Notes: generated by a model from the letters alone, not told the origin. 64,000 nt of DNA from Gammaproteobacteria bacterium (GCA_965222615.1 CBDCUI010000008.1:1-64000); one strand, 5' to 3'. Shown: positions 49,031-58,996, counted from the first letter of the stretch. Program-made: numbers and translations.

Positions 49031-50038
49031 ATGAGAAGTTACAAATCACCCTTTATCTTAATCGTATTCACTTTTACATTTTTTGCATGTAGTGGTGGAG
49101 GTGGAAGTAGTGGTGGAAGTTCGGTAGCTCCATCAACATGTACTGTACCTACAAATACTATAGCGATCACTGTAGCCAATGCAGAGACGGTTGCTAGTGA
49201 GGTTGTGGGTGCAGTTCAAGCTATACTGGCATTTGCTAATTTGAATGGTGCTTTTATTGATTTTTTGAATCTACCAATATCAAACCCTACAACTGTAGTA
49301 TGTGGCAGTGGCGGCAACCTTAGCTTAACAGTGACTGACTTCGATGCATCAGCAACAATTACGCTAGGTGATTTATTATCTACCAATTTTTCAAACTGTG
49401 TTCTTATGTCAGGATCAATTAACGGTATATTTGAAGCGTTGATTAACAGTGCATCGGGAGTAGGCGTTGGTAGTATTGTTGCCACAAATGATTGGGCGTT
49501 TAATATTGATGGTAACTTGGTCAATTTGAGTTCTATCGACAATAATATTAATGTAACTGCCGATGGTGATGTAACTTCAAACGTGAATTTTATTTTTGCA
49601 GCTCTTCAACTTGTTGCGACTGCTACGAACTCGGCATTTACTTTTTCTTTTGCAGGCGGTCAGTGTGGATCAATACAAAATGCATCCATTACTTCTACTG
49701 CAACCAATGTGACAACAAATCCTTCGGCATATTTTGTTAATGTAAATCCTTCCGGGCAAGTTTTGACTGTAGCCAGTACGAGATTTGCAGGTGTTGTTAC
49801 AGCTCGAACCGTGACTGCATTTGGGGGCATGGAAAACCTAGATGATGATATGGATGGAGAAATCGATGAGTATTTTTCTGAAATAGATTTGCCTGATTCT
49901 GGAGTTCTTAGAATTGATGGCTTGACATCAAGTGCTATTGTTAACGTTATGGCAGGAGGCCTGGTACGAATTGACGTTGATGAAAATGGCGATGGAGTGG
50001 TGGATCAAATGATCAATACAACGTGGACTGCATTGTAA
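49031..50038 (+). CDS. surface lipoprotein, Ser/Thr/Asn-rich
   Basis: Lipobox FFAC-SGGGG linker, beta-rich body, C-terminal DENGDG. Confidence 0.75.
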   Translation: MRSYKSPFILIVFTFTFFACSGGGGSSGGSSVAPSTCTVPTNTIAITVANAETVASEVVGAVQAILAFANLNGAFIDFLNLPISNPTTVVCGSGGNLSLTVTDFDASATITLGDLLSTNFSNCVLMSGSINGIFEALINSASGVGVGSIVATNDWAFNIDGNLVNLSSIDNNINVTADGDVTSNVNFIFAALQLVATATNSAFTFSFAGGQCGSIQNASITSTATNVTTNPSAYFVNVNPSGQVLTVASTRFAGVVTARTVTAFGGMENLDDDMDGEIDEYFSEIDLPDSGVLRIDGLTSSAIVNVMAGGLVRIDVDENGDGVVDQMINTTWTAL

Positions 50039-50145
50039 ATTAATCCTAATTTTCATCTATATCAAAATTCTATGTATCCAAAAAGCGTGACTTATTTGTT
50101 TTTTTGTTCAATCCATAATCACAACAAACAAAGCCCCAATAAAAT

Positions 50146-50958
50146 CTAGAATACAGATGAACTCAATTCATTAACTGCAGTTAACATTTCAGCGTCATCG
50201 GTTAATGCTTGTGAAATACAGCTTGAACAAGCAGTAACCGGATTAACACCGGTAACAATCAATTTTCCTGCATGCACTAACAAACGTGTACTCGCACCTT
50301 CGTCTAAACCACTGCCTTTTAAGTTACGAGTCATCTGTGCGAACTTGATTAGCTGTTTTGCGACATCTTTGTCTACTCCAGTTTCTTTTTCCACAATTTT
50401 TTGTTCAATGGCTGCGTCCGGGTAATCAAATTCCAGTGCAACAAACCGTTGGCGAGTACTTTGTTTAAGGTCTTTTAATACACTTTGATAACCGGGGTTA
50501 TAAGAAATCGCCATACAAAATTCCGGCGGGGCTTCTAAAATCTCACCCAATTTTTCCATGGGTAATACACGTCGATCATCACAAAGTGGATGGATAACTA
50601 CAGTTGTGTCTTTACGTGCTTCTACGATTTCATCTAGATAACAAATACTGCCGGCCCTGACTGAACGTGCCAAGGGTCCGTCAACCCATACAGTTTCAGC
50701 GCCGGTGACTAAATAACGTCCAACCAAATCGGAAGCAGTTAAGTCATCATGACAGGAGACTGTGATTAATGGTCGTTTCAATTTCCAACTCATGTATTCC
50801 ATAAAGCGAGTTTTGCCACAACCAGTGGGGCCTTTAAGTAAAACCGGAAGCTCGTTATTATAAGCCGCATCAAACACTTCAATTTCGTCCTTAACGGCTT
50901 CATAATATGGTTCTTCCTTAATGAAATATTCTTCAGGTTTGAAAGATTTAGCTTGCAT
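50146..50958 (-). CDS. CbbQ/NirQ/NorQ-family MoxR AAA+ ATPase
   Basis: KGPTGCGKT, YLDEIVEAR, SYNPGYQ, DLKQSTRQRF, ASTRLL. Confidence 0.93.
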   Translation of the reverse strand: MQAKSFKPEEYFIKEEPYYEAVKDEIEVFDAAYNNELPVLLKGPTGCGKTRFMEYMSWKLKRPLITVSCHDDLTASDLVGRYLVTGAETVWVDGPLARSVRAGSICYLDEIVEARKDTTVVIHPLCDDRRVLPMEKLGEILEAPPEFCMAISYNPGYQSVLKDLKQSTRQRFVALEFDYPDAAIEQKIVEKETGVDKDVAKQLIKFAQMTRNLKGSGLDEGASTRLLVHAGKLIVTGVNPVTACSSCISQALTDDAEMLTAVNELSSSVF

Positions 50959-51278
50959 AGTGGTCGTTACATTACTAATAGGTTCTCAATAGTACTGTTT
51001 ATCAAAGTTTCTCGCACAATAATATTAATCAAGATCAGGATGTAAATTTACAGGTTTATGTAAGATGAGCAGTTCTTTATGTACATTACACAGAATTATC
51101 TATGGCTTGCGACTATAGACTGTATAGGAATCCTAAATAAGTTCTGAAAATGAATAACTTACACCACAGTGATATAAAGGTACTTAAAAGCACTATAATT
51201 TTATTTTTATTGAATTGTTACAGAATAGCTAGCAGACTTATCGGCCCAAAAAAATAACTTTAGCGGAAAACCTTAATT

Positions 51279-52127
51279 ATGTTCGATGTTAATCCATTCG
51301 CCGAACTTTCGGCATTAATTTCGCCCTCAATTTTGCAGGGGTATGTCGTGCTGATGTTTGCCTTGGTTGTCGTCGGCACAATTCTCGACATGGCTCACAA
51401 AAAGAGTGCCCAGTACTTTTTCGAAAATGCTGAAAAAGCAAAAAAGAATGCGAAACGCACTTTAAGCGGTGGCGAAAAGGCCTCGTTAGCCGTTGCTACT
51501 GTAGCGAATGAAGTATTAACCTCCGCTGAATTTGCAAGCAGACCAAATCGTCGCTTTTCTCATCTACTGACCATGTATGGTTTCATTATTTTTGTTGTAA
51601 CTACCGCATGGTTGATTTTTGCTTATGCCACTCAGGCTAATGCACCAACAATTTTGACTGCTTTGTGGCACATCGGCGCCCTCATGCTGTGTGTGGGTGG
51701 TTACTGGTTCTGGTTCTTCATCCGTGTAGACGTCTCTTCTGAAGGCGTGAAGTGGTACAACTTCAACGGTCGTGGCGACATTTTTATTGTCGGCTTAATT
51801 AGCATGGCTACATTCGCATTACTATGGTCCTGGACATTGGGCGGCGGTTTGCTGAACATGATTTTCTTGGTGTTGTTCATTGCCTCTGCCACTATCTTGT
51901 TCAGCACGGTGTTTTGGTCCAAATTTGCCCACATGTTTTTCAAGCCTGCTGCGGCATATCAGAAGCGTTGCATCAAGGCGGACGGTTCATATGAAAATCT
52001 ACCCGAGCTTGGAGACCTTTCTGATCCTGCCATACAGGCAAAATATCCGGACATACCGGAATATATGGGCGAGAATCCGCCCAACATGGGGCTTGGAATC
52101 AAAGCTGAAGCCCCTCGTCATTATTAA
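51279..52127 (+). CDS. aprM: APS reductase membrane anchor
   Basis: Multi-TM, HKKSA.YF, WSKFAHMFFKP; directly upstream of aprBA. Confidence 0.9.
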   Translation: MFDVNPFAELSALISPSILQGYVVLMFALVVVGTILDMAHKKSAQYFFENAEKAKKNAKRTLSGGEKASLAVATVANEVLTSAEFASRPNRRFSHLLTMYGFIIFVVTTAWLIFAYATQANAPTILTALWHIGALMLCVGGYWFWFFIRVDVSSEGVKWYNFNGRGDIFIVGLISMATFALLWSWTLGGGLLNMIFLVLFIASATILFSTVFWSKFAHMFFKPAAAYQKRCIKADGSYENLPELGDLSDPAIQAKYPDIPEYMGENPPNMGLGIKAEAPRHY

Positions 52128-52162
52128 TACTTATCTGTAACGAATTTAGTGAGAGAAATATT

Positions 52163-52645
52163 ATGCCTACCTTCGTATATATGACTCGTTGCGACGGTTG
52201 TGGACATTGTGTTGATATCTGTCCTTCAGACATCATGCACATCGACACAACTACTCGACGAGCTTATAACATTGAGCCAAACATGTGCTGGGAGTGCTAC
52301 TCCTGTGTAAAGGCTTGTCCCCACAACGCGATTGATGTTAGAGGTTACGCTGACTTCGCCCCATTGGGTCACTCGGTACGTGTTATCCGTGATGAAGAAA
52401 AAGGTGTCATTGCTTGGCGCATCAAATCCCGTAACGGTAAAAAAGACATGAACCTGCTGGCACCTATCACGACAAAACCATGGGGTACGGCAATTCCGCA
52501 ACTGAGTGAAGAGGCAGCTCCAAGTCAGGAAATGCGTGATAGTCAATTACTTTTCAACGAACCAAAATACATTCGCATGGACGATGATGGATTGCACACG
52601 CTTGAGTCGAACGGCTTGAAGATGAAAGAAGGGGTCTACTACTAA
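52163..52645 (+). CDS. aprB: adenylylsulfate reductase beta subunit
   Basis: MPTFV, CDGCGHCVDICP, CWECYSCVKACP, VRGYADF. Confidence 0.97.
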   Translation: MPTFVYMTRCDGCGHCVDICPSDIMHIDTTTRRAYNIEPNMCWECYSCVKACPHNAIDVRGYADFAPLGHSVRVIRDEEKGVIAWRIKSRNGKKDMNLLAPITTKPWGTAIPQLSEEAAPSQEMRDSQLLFNEPKYIRMDDDGLHTLESNGLKMKEGVYY

Positions 52646-54525
52646 TGCGTTACAAAACTATTGTCGAAGACGACATTGACATCCTGGTAGCAGGTGCCGG
52701 TATGGCGGGTACAGGTGCTGCCTTTGAAGCTAGATACTGGGGTCAGAACAAGAAAATCGTCATCGCCGAGAAGGCTAATATCGATCGCTCCGGTGCAGTT
52801 GCGCAGGGGCTTTATGCAATCAACACCTACATGGGAACTCGTTTCGGTGAAAACAATCCTGAAGATCACGTTCGTTACGCGCGTATCGATCTAATGGGTA
52901 TGGTTCGCGAAGACCTGGCGTTTGATATGGCACGTCACGTAGATTCAGCGGTTCACCAGTTTGAAGAATGGGGTCTACCACTGATGCGCGACCCTAAGAC
53001 GGGCGCCTATCAGCGTGAAGGGCGTTGGCAGATTATGATTCACGGTGAGTCTTACAAGCCTATTGTGGCTGGAGCCGCAAAGAAATCGGCAGACGAGGTA
53101 TTTAACCGTATCTGTGTTACTCATCTGCTGATGGATGAAGCAAAAGAAAACCGTGTTGCGGGTGCAGTTGGCTTCAACGTGCGTACCGGTAACTACCACG
53201 TATTCAAATCCAAAACCGTTATTGTTGCTGCTGGTGGCGCCTCGAACATCTATAAGCCACGCTCGGTTGGTGAAGGTTCGGGTCGTACTTGGTATGCGCC
53301 GTGGTCATCGGGCTCAGCCTATGGTTTGTTGATTGGTGCGGGTGCCAAAATGACACAGATGGAGAACAAAATTGTATTGGCGCGTTTCAAGGACGGTTAT
53401 GGTCCGGTGGGTGCCTACTTCCTCCACCTCAAGACTTACACTCAGAACGGTCTGGGTGAAGAGTATGAATCCAAGTGGTGGCCACAACTTCAGGAGATGG
53501 TGGGTAAGGAATACCTAGATCCGGAAGTTTCGCACTTAACTCATCGTCCCATTCCGACCTGTCTGCGTAACCATGCGTTCATCCAGGAAGTAAACGCGGG
53601 TCGTGGCCCGATTCACATGGTGACTATGGAAGCGTTCCAGGATCCACATCTTGAAGAAATTGGCTGGCACAACTTCCTGGGCATGACTGTTGGTCAGGCC
53701 GTACTGTGGGCGGCTACTGATGTAGATCCTAAGTACGAGAATCCAGAGCTAACAACATCAGAACCCTATGTAATGGGTTCGCATGCTACCGGTTGCGGTG
53801 CATGGTGTTCAGGTCCGGAAGATTTGTCACCACCAGAGTACTTCTGGGGCTACAACCGTATGACTACAGTCGAAGGTTTGTTCGGTGCAGGTGATGCCGT
53901 TGGCGGTACGCCACATGCATTCTCTTCCGGTTCCTTCACCGAAGGTCGTCTAGCAGCCAAAGATGCCTGTAAGTATATCGACGATGGCAAGGCAGAAGGT
54001 ATTAAGGTTTCTCAGCAGCAGATTGATAAGCGCCGTGAAGAAATCTACAAGCCACTTGAACACTATAAGGTTAACCGCAACGAGATCACAGCGGGTGATG
54101 TTAACCCTAATTACATCAACCCACGTCAGGGTCTTGATCGCTTGCAAAAGCTGATGGACGAGTACGGCGGTGGTGTAACCGTTAACTACATGACCAACGA
54201 AAAGTTGCTCAACATCGGTCTGAAGAAAATGAAGACTCTGGAAGAAGATCTTGAGAAGATTGCTGCAGAGAACATCCATGAACTACTGCGTGCATGGGAA
54301 CTGAAGCATCGTCAACTCGCCTCTGAGTCCGTCTTGCAACACACCCTTTTCCGTAAGGAAACTCGTTGGCCTGGTTACTACTATCGTGGCGACTTCATGA
54401 AAGTGGATGACGCTAACTGGCACGTACTGACCGTTTCTCGTCGTGATCCAGAAACCGGTGAGTACACCATGGAGAAGGCACCTTGTTATCATCTAGTGGG
54501 TGATGAAGAGGAAAAGGCCGCTTAA
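52645..54525 (+). CDS. aprA: adenylylsulfate reductase alpha subunit
   Basis: RSGAVAQGL, WQIMIHGESYK, RFKDGYGPVG, FSSGSFTEGR, ETRWPGYY. Confidence 0.98.
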   Translation: MRYKTIVEDDIDILVAGAGMAGTGAAFEARYWGQNKKIVIAEKANIDRSGAVAQGLYAINTYMGTRFGENNPEDHVRYARIDLMGMVREDLAFDMARHVDSAVHQFEEWGLPLMRDPKTGAYQREGRWQIMIHGESYKPIVAGAAKKSADEVFNRICVTHLLMDEAKENRVAGAVGFNVRTGNYHVFKSKTVIVAAGGASNIYKPRSVGEGSGRTWYAPWSSGSAYGLLIGAGAKMTQMENKIVLARFKDGYGPVGAYFLHLKTYTQNGLGEEYESKWWPQLQEMVGKEYLDPEVSHLTHRPIPTCLRNHAFIQEVNAGRGPIHMVTMEAFQDPHLEEIGWHNFLGMTVGQAVLWAATDVDPKYENPELTTSEPYVMGSHATGCGAWCSGPEDLSPPEYFWGYNRMTTVEGLFGAGDAVGGTPHAFSSGSFTEGRLAAKDACKYIDDGKAEGIKVSQQQIDKRREEIYKPLEHYKVNRNEITAGDVNPNYINPRQGLDRLQKLMDEYGGGVTVNYMTNEKLLNIGLKKMKTLEEDLEKIAAENIHELLRAWELKHRQLASESVLQHTLFRKETRWPGYYYRGDFMKVDDANWHVLTVSRRDPETGEYTMEKAPCYHLVGDEEEKAA

Positions 54526-54526
54526 T

Positions 54527-54671
54527 TAAAGGTACCCCTAAAATTGTCTTTTTTCGCGATAGCTGTGTCAGCTCCGTGCTCAAATCCTCATTTACTTCGT
54601 GTAAACTCCGATTTTGCGCGCGGTGCTTCCTTGCTCTCACAAAAAAATCCTAATTTTTTGAGGCACCTTTA
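54527..54671 (+). repeat. palindromic MITE-like repeat
   Basis: Terminal IR TAAAGGTACCCCTAAAA/TTTTTGAGGCACCTTTA. Core CTCATTTAC-N-GTAAACTCCG. Confidence 0.75.
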
Positions 54672-54696
54672 AAAAGCTATAAGACTTTTGGTTACT

Positions 54697-54730
54697 AAAA
54701 AAAGATCAACAACTGTTGGTCTTTTTTTTT
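54697..54730 (+). terminator. intrinsic terminator after aprA
   Basis: AAGATCAACA-AC-TGTTGGTCTT followed by T-run. Confidence 0.7.
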
Positions 54731-54776
54731 ATAAACTCACAAACTTTTTGTTGCGATAGATGCTATAGAGATTCAC

Positions 54777-55127
54777 ATGAACATTATTGAAAAGACGGAC
54801 AAAGAAATTTTGGAAATTGCGCACCCGATGTGGGACGACCTCATCAAATATTCCAACGAAGGTGAGTATGGCAAATTTATACGTAAGTTTTCCTATGATT
54901 TACTATTAGGTCTTAATGAAGTTGAAGTCGGTAAACAGTTTGCCAGGAGTGAGTTGACAAGAAACTTAGATACAGAATATGACTATCTCGGCCTTATTCG
55001 TCGCGGTGAGCATGTGACGGTTTTATATCGCGTAAAAAGCACCAAAAAGGAAGGCGAATGGCTTGGGCGTCTTGTGCTGGGCTATGAGAAAGGTGAGATA
55101 CGTATTTTTGCTGCATCAATTTTCTAG
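54777..55127 (+). CDS. hypothetical protein
   Basis: 116-aa ORF downstream of aprA. Confidence 0.7.
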   Translation: MNIIEKTDKEILEIAHPMWDDLIKYSNEGEYGKFIRKFSYDLLLGLNEVEVGKQFARSELTRNLDTEYDYLGLIRRGEHVTVLYRVKSTKKEGEWLGRLVLGYEKGEIRIFAASIF

Positions 55128-55133
55128 CAAATC

Positions 55134-55272
55134 GTTGAAAAACTCTCAGCTGGCACGATACGGTGTTAAAAATGACTTCAAAATACGGGGCCGTGAAGCG
55201 GCAAATTGCATATAAACTCCGTTTTCTCGGTCATTTTTGCCTTGTCTCGCACTCACCTGAGATCTTTTTAAC
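55134..55272 (+). repeat. palindromic MITE-like repeat
   Basis: Terminal IR GTTGAAAAA/TTTTTAAC, inner AAAAATGAC/GTCATTTTT, core TAAACTCCG with altered left arm. Confidence 0.7.
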
Positions 55273-55339
55273 ACCCAACTTAGCTTATTAACTGAATAAA
55301 ATTTGTTGTTACTAAAAAATACTGGCTGGGAATACAAAC

Positions 55340-55879
55340 ATGAGTAAAATTATCGAGAACGTAATCACTGAAGGTAAGTATGTCGAGTTGAGATACAAAG
55401 TTATTGATTCAAAAACCGAGTCTATTCTTACTGAAGTCGAATACCCGATTGGTTATATTCATGGTGTCACTGAAGCCCTCTCGCCACAAGTGACTGCAGA
55501 ATTGGAGGGCAAAGTTGTCGGAGATGTGATTGACGTACCCATCGATTGTAATAAGTTGTATGGCCCGAGAGATGAATCCTTAGTTTTTATTGATCATATT
55601 GATAATGTGCCTGAAGAGTATCGTGAAGTAGGTATGTCGATACTGATGGAAAATGAACAAGGTCAGACAAAGAGTTTCCTTGTGACAAGAGTCGATGAAA
55701 AGTCAGTCACCATTGATGGTAATAATCCACTCTGTGGCCGAGAAGTTATTTTCAAACTTGAGATTCTAACTGTACGCGATGCTACAGAAGAAGAAATTGA
55801 AGTGGGTGGTCCAGTAGATGCTGAGCCAGATATCAGTGACATTGTCGGATCTAACCAAAAAGTGCGTCCAATTCACTAA
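55340..55879 (+). CDS. FKBP-type peptidyl-prolyl isomerase (SlyD-like)
   Basis: YIHG, LEGK..GD, YGPRD, IDGNNPLCG, VRDATEEEI. Confidence 0.88.
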   Translation: MSKIIENVITEGKYVELRYKVIDSKTESILTEVEYPIGYIHGVTEALSPQVTAELEGKVVGDVIDVPIDCNKLYGPRDESLVFIDHIDNVPEEYREVGMSILMENEQGQTKSFLVTRVDEKSVTIDGNNPLCGREVIFKLEILTVRDATEEEIEVGGPVDAEPDISDIVGSNQKVRPIH

Positions 55880-55895
55880 TTTTTCATAAGTTATT

Positions 55896-56175
55896 AGAAC
55901 CTATTTCAAAATAGAAGATTTTTTCCAAGTTTATTTAACAAAGGGGTAGGCTCGAGCTTTTCGAGAGGCGCAGTGTACACGTTAGTACATGAGCATTTAC
56001 GAAAACCATCCCTGGTTTTCACCCTAACGGGCTATCCCAAGGATGTTCAAAATCGTTCCAGACGATTTTGTGAGAAAAGCGAGAATAAACCATCTCCTCC
56101 GGAGGTTGTGTTTGAATGTTTGCAAAAAGCTAAGACTAACCATAAACGGAAAAGATTCATTTTGGGATAGGTTCT
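55896..56175 (-). repeat. palindromic MITE-like repeat with nested insert
   Basis: Terminal IR AGAACCTATTTCAAAAT/ATTTTGGGATAGGTTCT. Core GCAGTGTACAC-N-GTACATGAGCAT is in reverse orientation relative to the other copies. Confidence 0.7.
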
Positions 56176-56203
56176 TCTAATGCTGATCTGACGGAGAAAC
56201 ACT

Positions 56204-57313
56204 TTGCCTCAGAACCTGTATGCTGAAACTCTGTTAACCCCAGGTCTGGGGGTGCCGATGGCATGGCGGTATCAGAATGAAGCACAGTATCTGATTGATC
56301 TGCTTGATCGTGATTCGCCGGTCTGTGGTGCCCTTACTCAGGCAATTGATCGCTATGGTGATACTTTCTTTGAATTAGCGCCTAATAAAGAAACGCTGAC
56401 TGAGTGGGCTAATTCACAAAATACTCTTGTCGATACAGCAGATGTTAGAGAACTAAGACTGGGTGGAGCGCATGTTTTTCAACAAGCCATCGAACTATTC
56501 CAGGGTCTGCAAATGATGGTTGAAAAAGAAGACAACCCCGTTGAATGGTCGGCTATTCATCACAATATCGGTGATGTAATGGGCTTCATTGGACAACGTA
56601 GTGGGAGTACCCATTTTCTTGAGCAAGCTGCTATGTCTTATGAACAAGCACTAGAGGTGCGTACTTTTGAAGAAACCCCATTCGAGTGGGCAAGTACGCA
56701 ATATAACCTCGGTATCGTAATGCAAACACTTGGACAACTTGAAGATGATACTCATTTGTTAAAACAAGCCGAGCAAACCTATAAACAAGCTTCAACTGCA
56801 ATAAAGAGAAATGAACATCCAGATGATTGGGCAGCAATGTTGTGCAGTGTTGGGAATGTATTATGTTTACTGGGCACGCATCGCAGAGGGCCACGCACTT
56901 TGGAACAGGCAGTAGTTGTAATGCGCAATGCCATGGCTGAACGCACGCCAGATAAATCGGCGTATGGTTGGGCCATTGCACAAAATAATCTTGCTGCTAC
57001 TTTGCAGGCATTGGGCACACATGAAGAAGACATTCCATCTCTTGAGGAGTCGATCCCCATTTATGATGCAACGTTAAAGGCGTTACCAAAAGATGATGTG
57101 CCTATGATGTGGGCGATGGTTACCGCAAACCGTGCTTCAGCAATGCATGCTCTGGCAGAGGAGTCAGATTATGTCGATATGGCGTTAATGGCGGCATCCG
57201 AATTTGATAAGGTGACAAAATTGTTTGCCAGTGCAGAATTGACTCGTTATCTACAACTGGCTGAAGAACGAAGAGATCTATCTAAAGAGTTAGTGAAATT
57301 ACTCGAGGTGTAA
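56204..57313 (+). CDS. TPR-repeat protein
   Basis: Repeated W(A/S)..(Q/H).N(L/I)G..L..LG helical units. Confidence 0.85.
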   Translation: MPQNLYAETLLTPGLGVPMAWRYQNEAQYLIDLLDRDSPVCGALTQAIDRYGDTFFELAPNKETLTEWANSQNTLVDTADVRELRLGGAHVFQQAIELFQGLQMMVEKEDNPVEWSAIHHNIGDVMGFIGQRSGSTHFLEQAAMSYEQALEVRTFEETPFEWASTQYNLGIVMQTLGQLEDDTHLLKQAEQTYKQASTAIKRNEHPDDWAAMLCSVGNVLCLLGTHRRGPRTLEQAVVVMRNAMAERTPDKSAYGWAIAQNNLAATLQALGTHEEDIPSLEESIPIYDATLKALPKDDVPMMWAMVTANRASAMHALAEESDYVDMALMAASEFDKVTKLFASAELTRYLQLAEERRDLSKELVKLLEV

Positions 57314-57492
57314 TGTGGATACTAATGTCGTTGATGGTTGTGCCATATATCAAAGCCAAATTGTGCAGCGTTACAGAAGATCAGCCGGGGCTGGACAAGC
57401 GCAGAGATGGCATTCTTTATACTTTGTGATCTGCCAGAAGCGCATGTGCAAGTAATGTAGTAAAGACAAAACCCCATAACTCAATACCAGAT

Positions 57493-58134
57493 ATGACGTA
57501 CAAGTTAATTCAAAAACATTTTTTGCACGGCACGCAAGAGTTCGAATTACTGGATGATAAAATCAAAGTCAGGATCAATAGCCTCCTGAAGGGGGAAAAA
57601 GAGTTTGATGTTGTTTTGGCAATGTTGAATCCTGAGCCAGTTACCAGTAAGTTGCGACTGGATTTTCATAGTCGTGTGAAGTGTAGACCACTGCTATCTT
57701 TGTATTTGAATAAACCGAATCCCGAAGAATTTAACGACTTTGTGACCACGCTAAAACAAAGAGCACAGGCGGAATACAATGCCGTTTCCGGAATAAGTGT
57801 CAGCGCTAAATCTACCACTACACTTAATGGAAATTCTTATGAAAAACCACCTGAGTTCGGCGATACTTCTCCCGCAAATATCAGCAAAGACAAGACAATC
57901 AATGTCAAAGAAGTCGAGAATGCAATTCGCATGCTGAAAATGTATGTAAACAATGAAGAGATTCATCCCCTAATCGAAGCTTTAGAGTCACTAAAACAAG
58001 CTCCGCAAGATCACTCAAAGTTGGTTGAGGTCGCTACTGTATTTAACGATCTAGGAACAAGCCAAGGTGCGGTTTTAACCTATGCACCCTATATCAGTAT
58101 CATGCTATCAGATGATCCATTTGGGTCAGAGTAA
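57493..58134 (+). CDS. hypothetical protein
   Basis: 213-aa ORF; no family recognised. Confidence 0.7.
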   Translation: MTYKLIQKHFLHGTQEFELLDDKIKVRINSLLKGEKEFDVVLAMLNPEPVTSKLRLDFHSRVKCRPLLSLYLNKPNPEEFNDFVTTLKQRAQAEYNAVSGISVSAKSTTTLNGNSYEKPPEFGDTSPANISKDKTINVKEVENAIRMLKMYVNNEEIHPLIEALESLKQAPQDHSKLVEVATVFNDLGTSQGAVLTYAPYISIMLSDDPFGSE

Positions 58135-58461
58135 ACCAAAAAAAGGTCCATGCTCTATATTCTTCGGAATAATCCCACTTTGTATAAAAACCCATTATGA
58201 AAAAGGGTGAACACAAGGATGTGTGAATGAGAGTTGCATCAGGGATGATGCCTTCTTTTAACTCATATTTACACGGCCACTAACGACATCTTCGTTACTG
58301 CACCTGCGTTACTCTATCTCTTGCATCTATGCATCTCGGCCCTGTGTTCACGCTATAGATACGTTTTTACTATACATAAAGAGATTGTGTCAGCCTAAAG
58401 TGTAATTTTGCTACAATTTTCCAATCGAACTATTTCTATTTTATAAAGCGAAAGGTGATTT

Positions 58462-58623
58462 ATGAGTGAGCAAAAAAATACCAGACCCAAGGTCCCTGAG
58501 GGCGAGGCTCGTTACTTCAAAACACGTCAGAAAGCGCCTAATGAAAAGGGCTTCGTTGGGTATGAAACTATCTGGGAATCGTTCCAGAAAGAGGCAGAAT
58601 ATACAACGCCAAAACGACCATGA
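58462..58623 (+). CDS. small hypothetical protein (53 aa), absent from the ORF track
   Basis: RBS AAGGTGA, ATG 58462, MSEQKNTRPKVPEGEARYFKTRQKAPNEKGFVGYETIWESFQKEAEYTTPKRP*. Confidence 0.65.
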   Translation: MSEQKNTRPKVPEGEARYFKTRQKAPNEKGFVGYETIWESFQKEAEYTTPKRP

Positions 58624-58733
58624 GCTTTTACATGGCCATATCTCAATACGATAAAGAATCCGATAATTGGCAAATGGAGAAATAACCTGTTTACCACGTT
58701 ATCGATTAAACACTTATATCAAAATGCAATTAT

Positions 58734-58761
58734 AAAAGGCCCTTTCCAAGGGCTTTTTTTT
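58734..58761 (+). terminator. intrinsic terminator
   Basis: GGCCCTT-TCC-AAGGGCT followed by T-run. Confidence 0.75.
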
Positions 58762-58996
58762 GGAAAATTCACTATTTACTTTGACAACTTCATAGCAATT
58801 TATTTAGGTGCAGTGCTAGCGGAATAAGTGTTATATACCTACTCAAATTGCATTGTTTATCAATTTAATCTCTTTATTAATGTATGTCTGGTAACAGAGA
58901 TGGCTTGGCCTGTTATCTAATTAACGTTATAGTCCAATAAATCTAGTTTAGAATTCAATCACTTCGAGTGAATACCTGTTAAATAGCTAAGACGAT

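Noticed and set aside
50146-50958. Evidence for a RuBisCO or nitric-oxide reductase operon
   Set aside because: No cbbL/M/O or norB/C/D in the window.
55146-56170. ORFs 55146..55337 and 55973..56170 (also 54413..54640)
   Set aside because: They lie across palindromic repeats; no RBS or motif support.
58466-58654. 62-aa ORF from the track
   Set aside because: Out of frame with the better supported 58462..58623 ORF.
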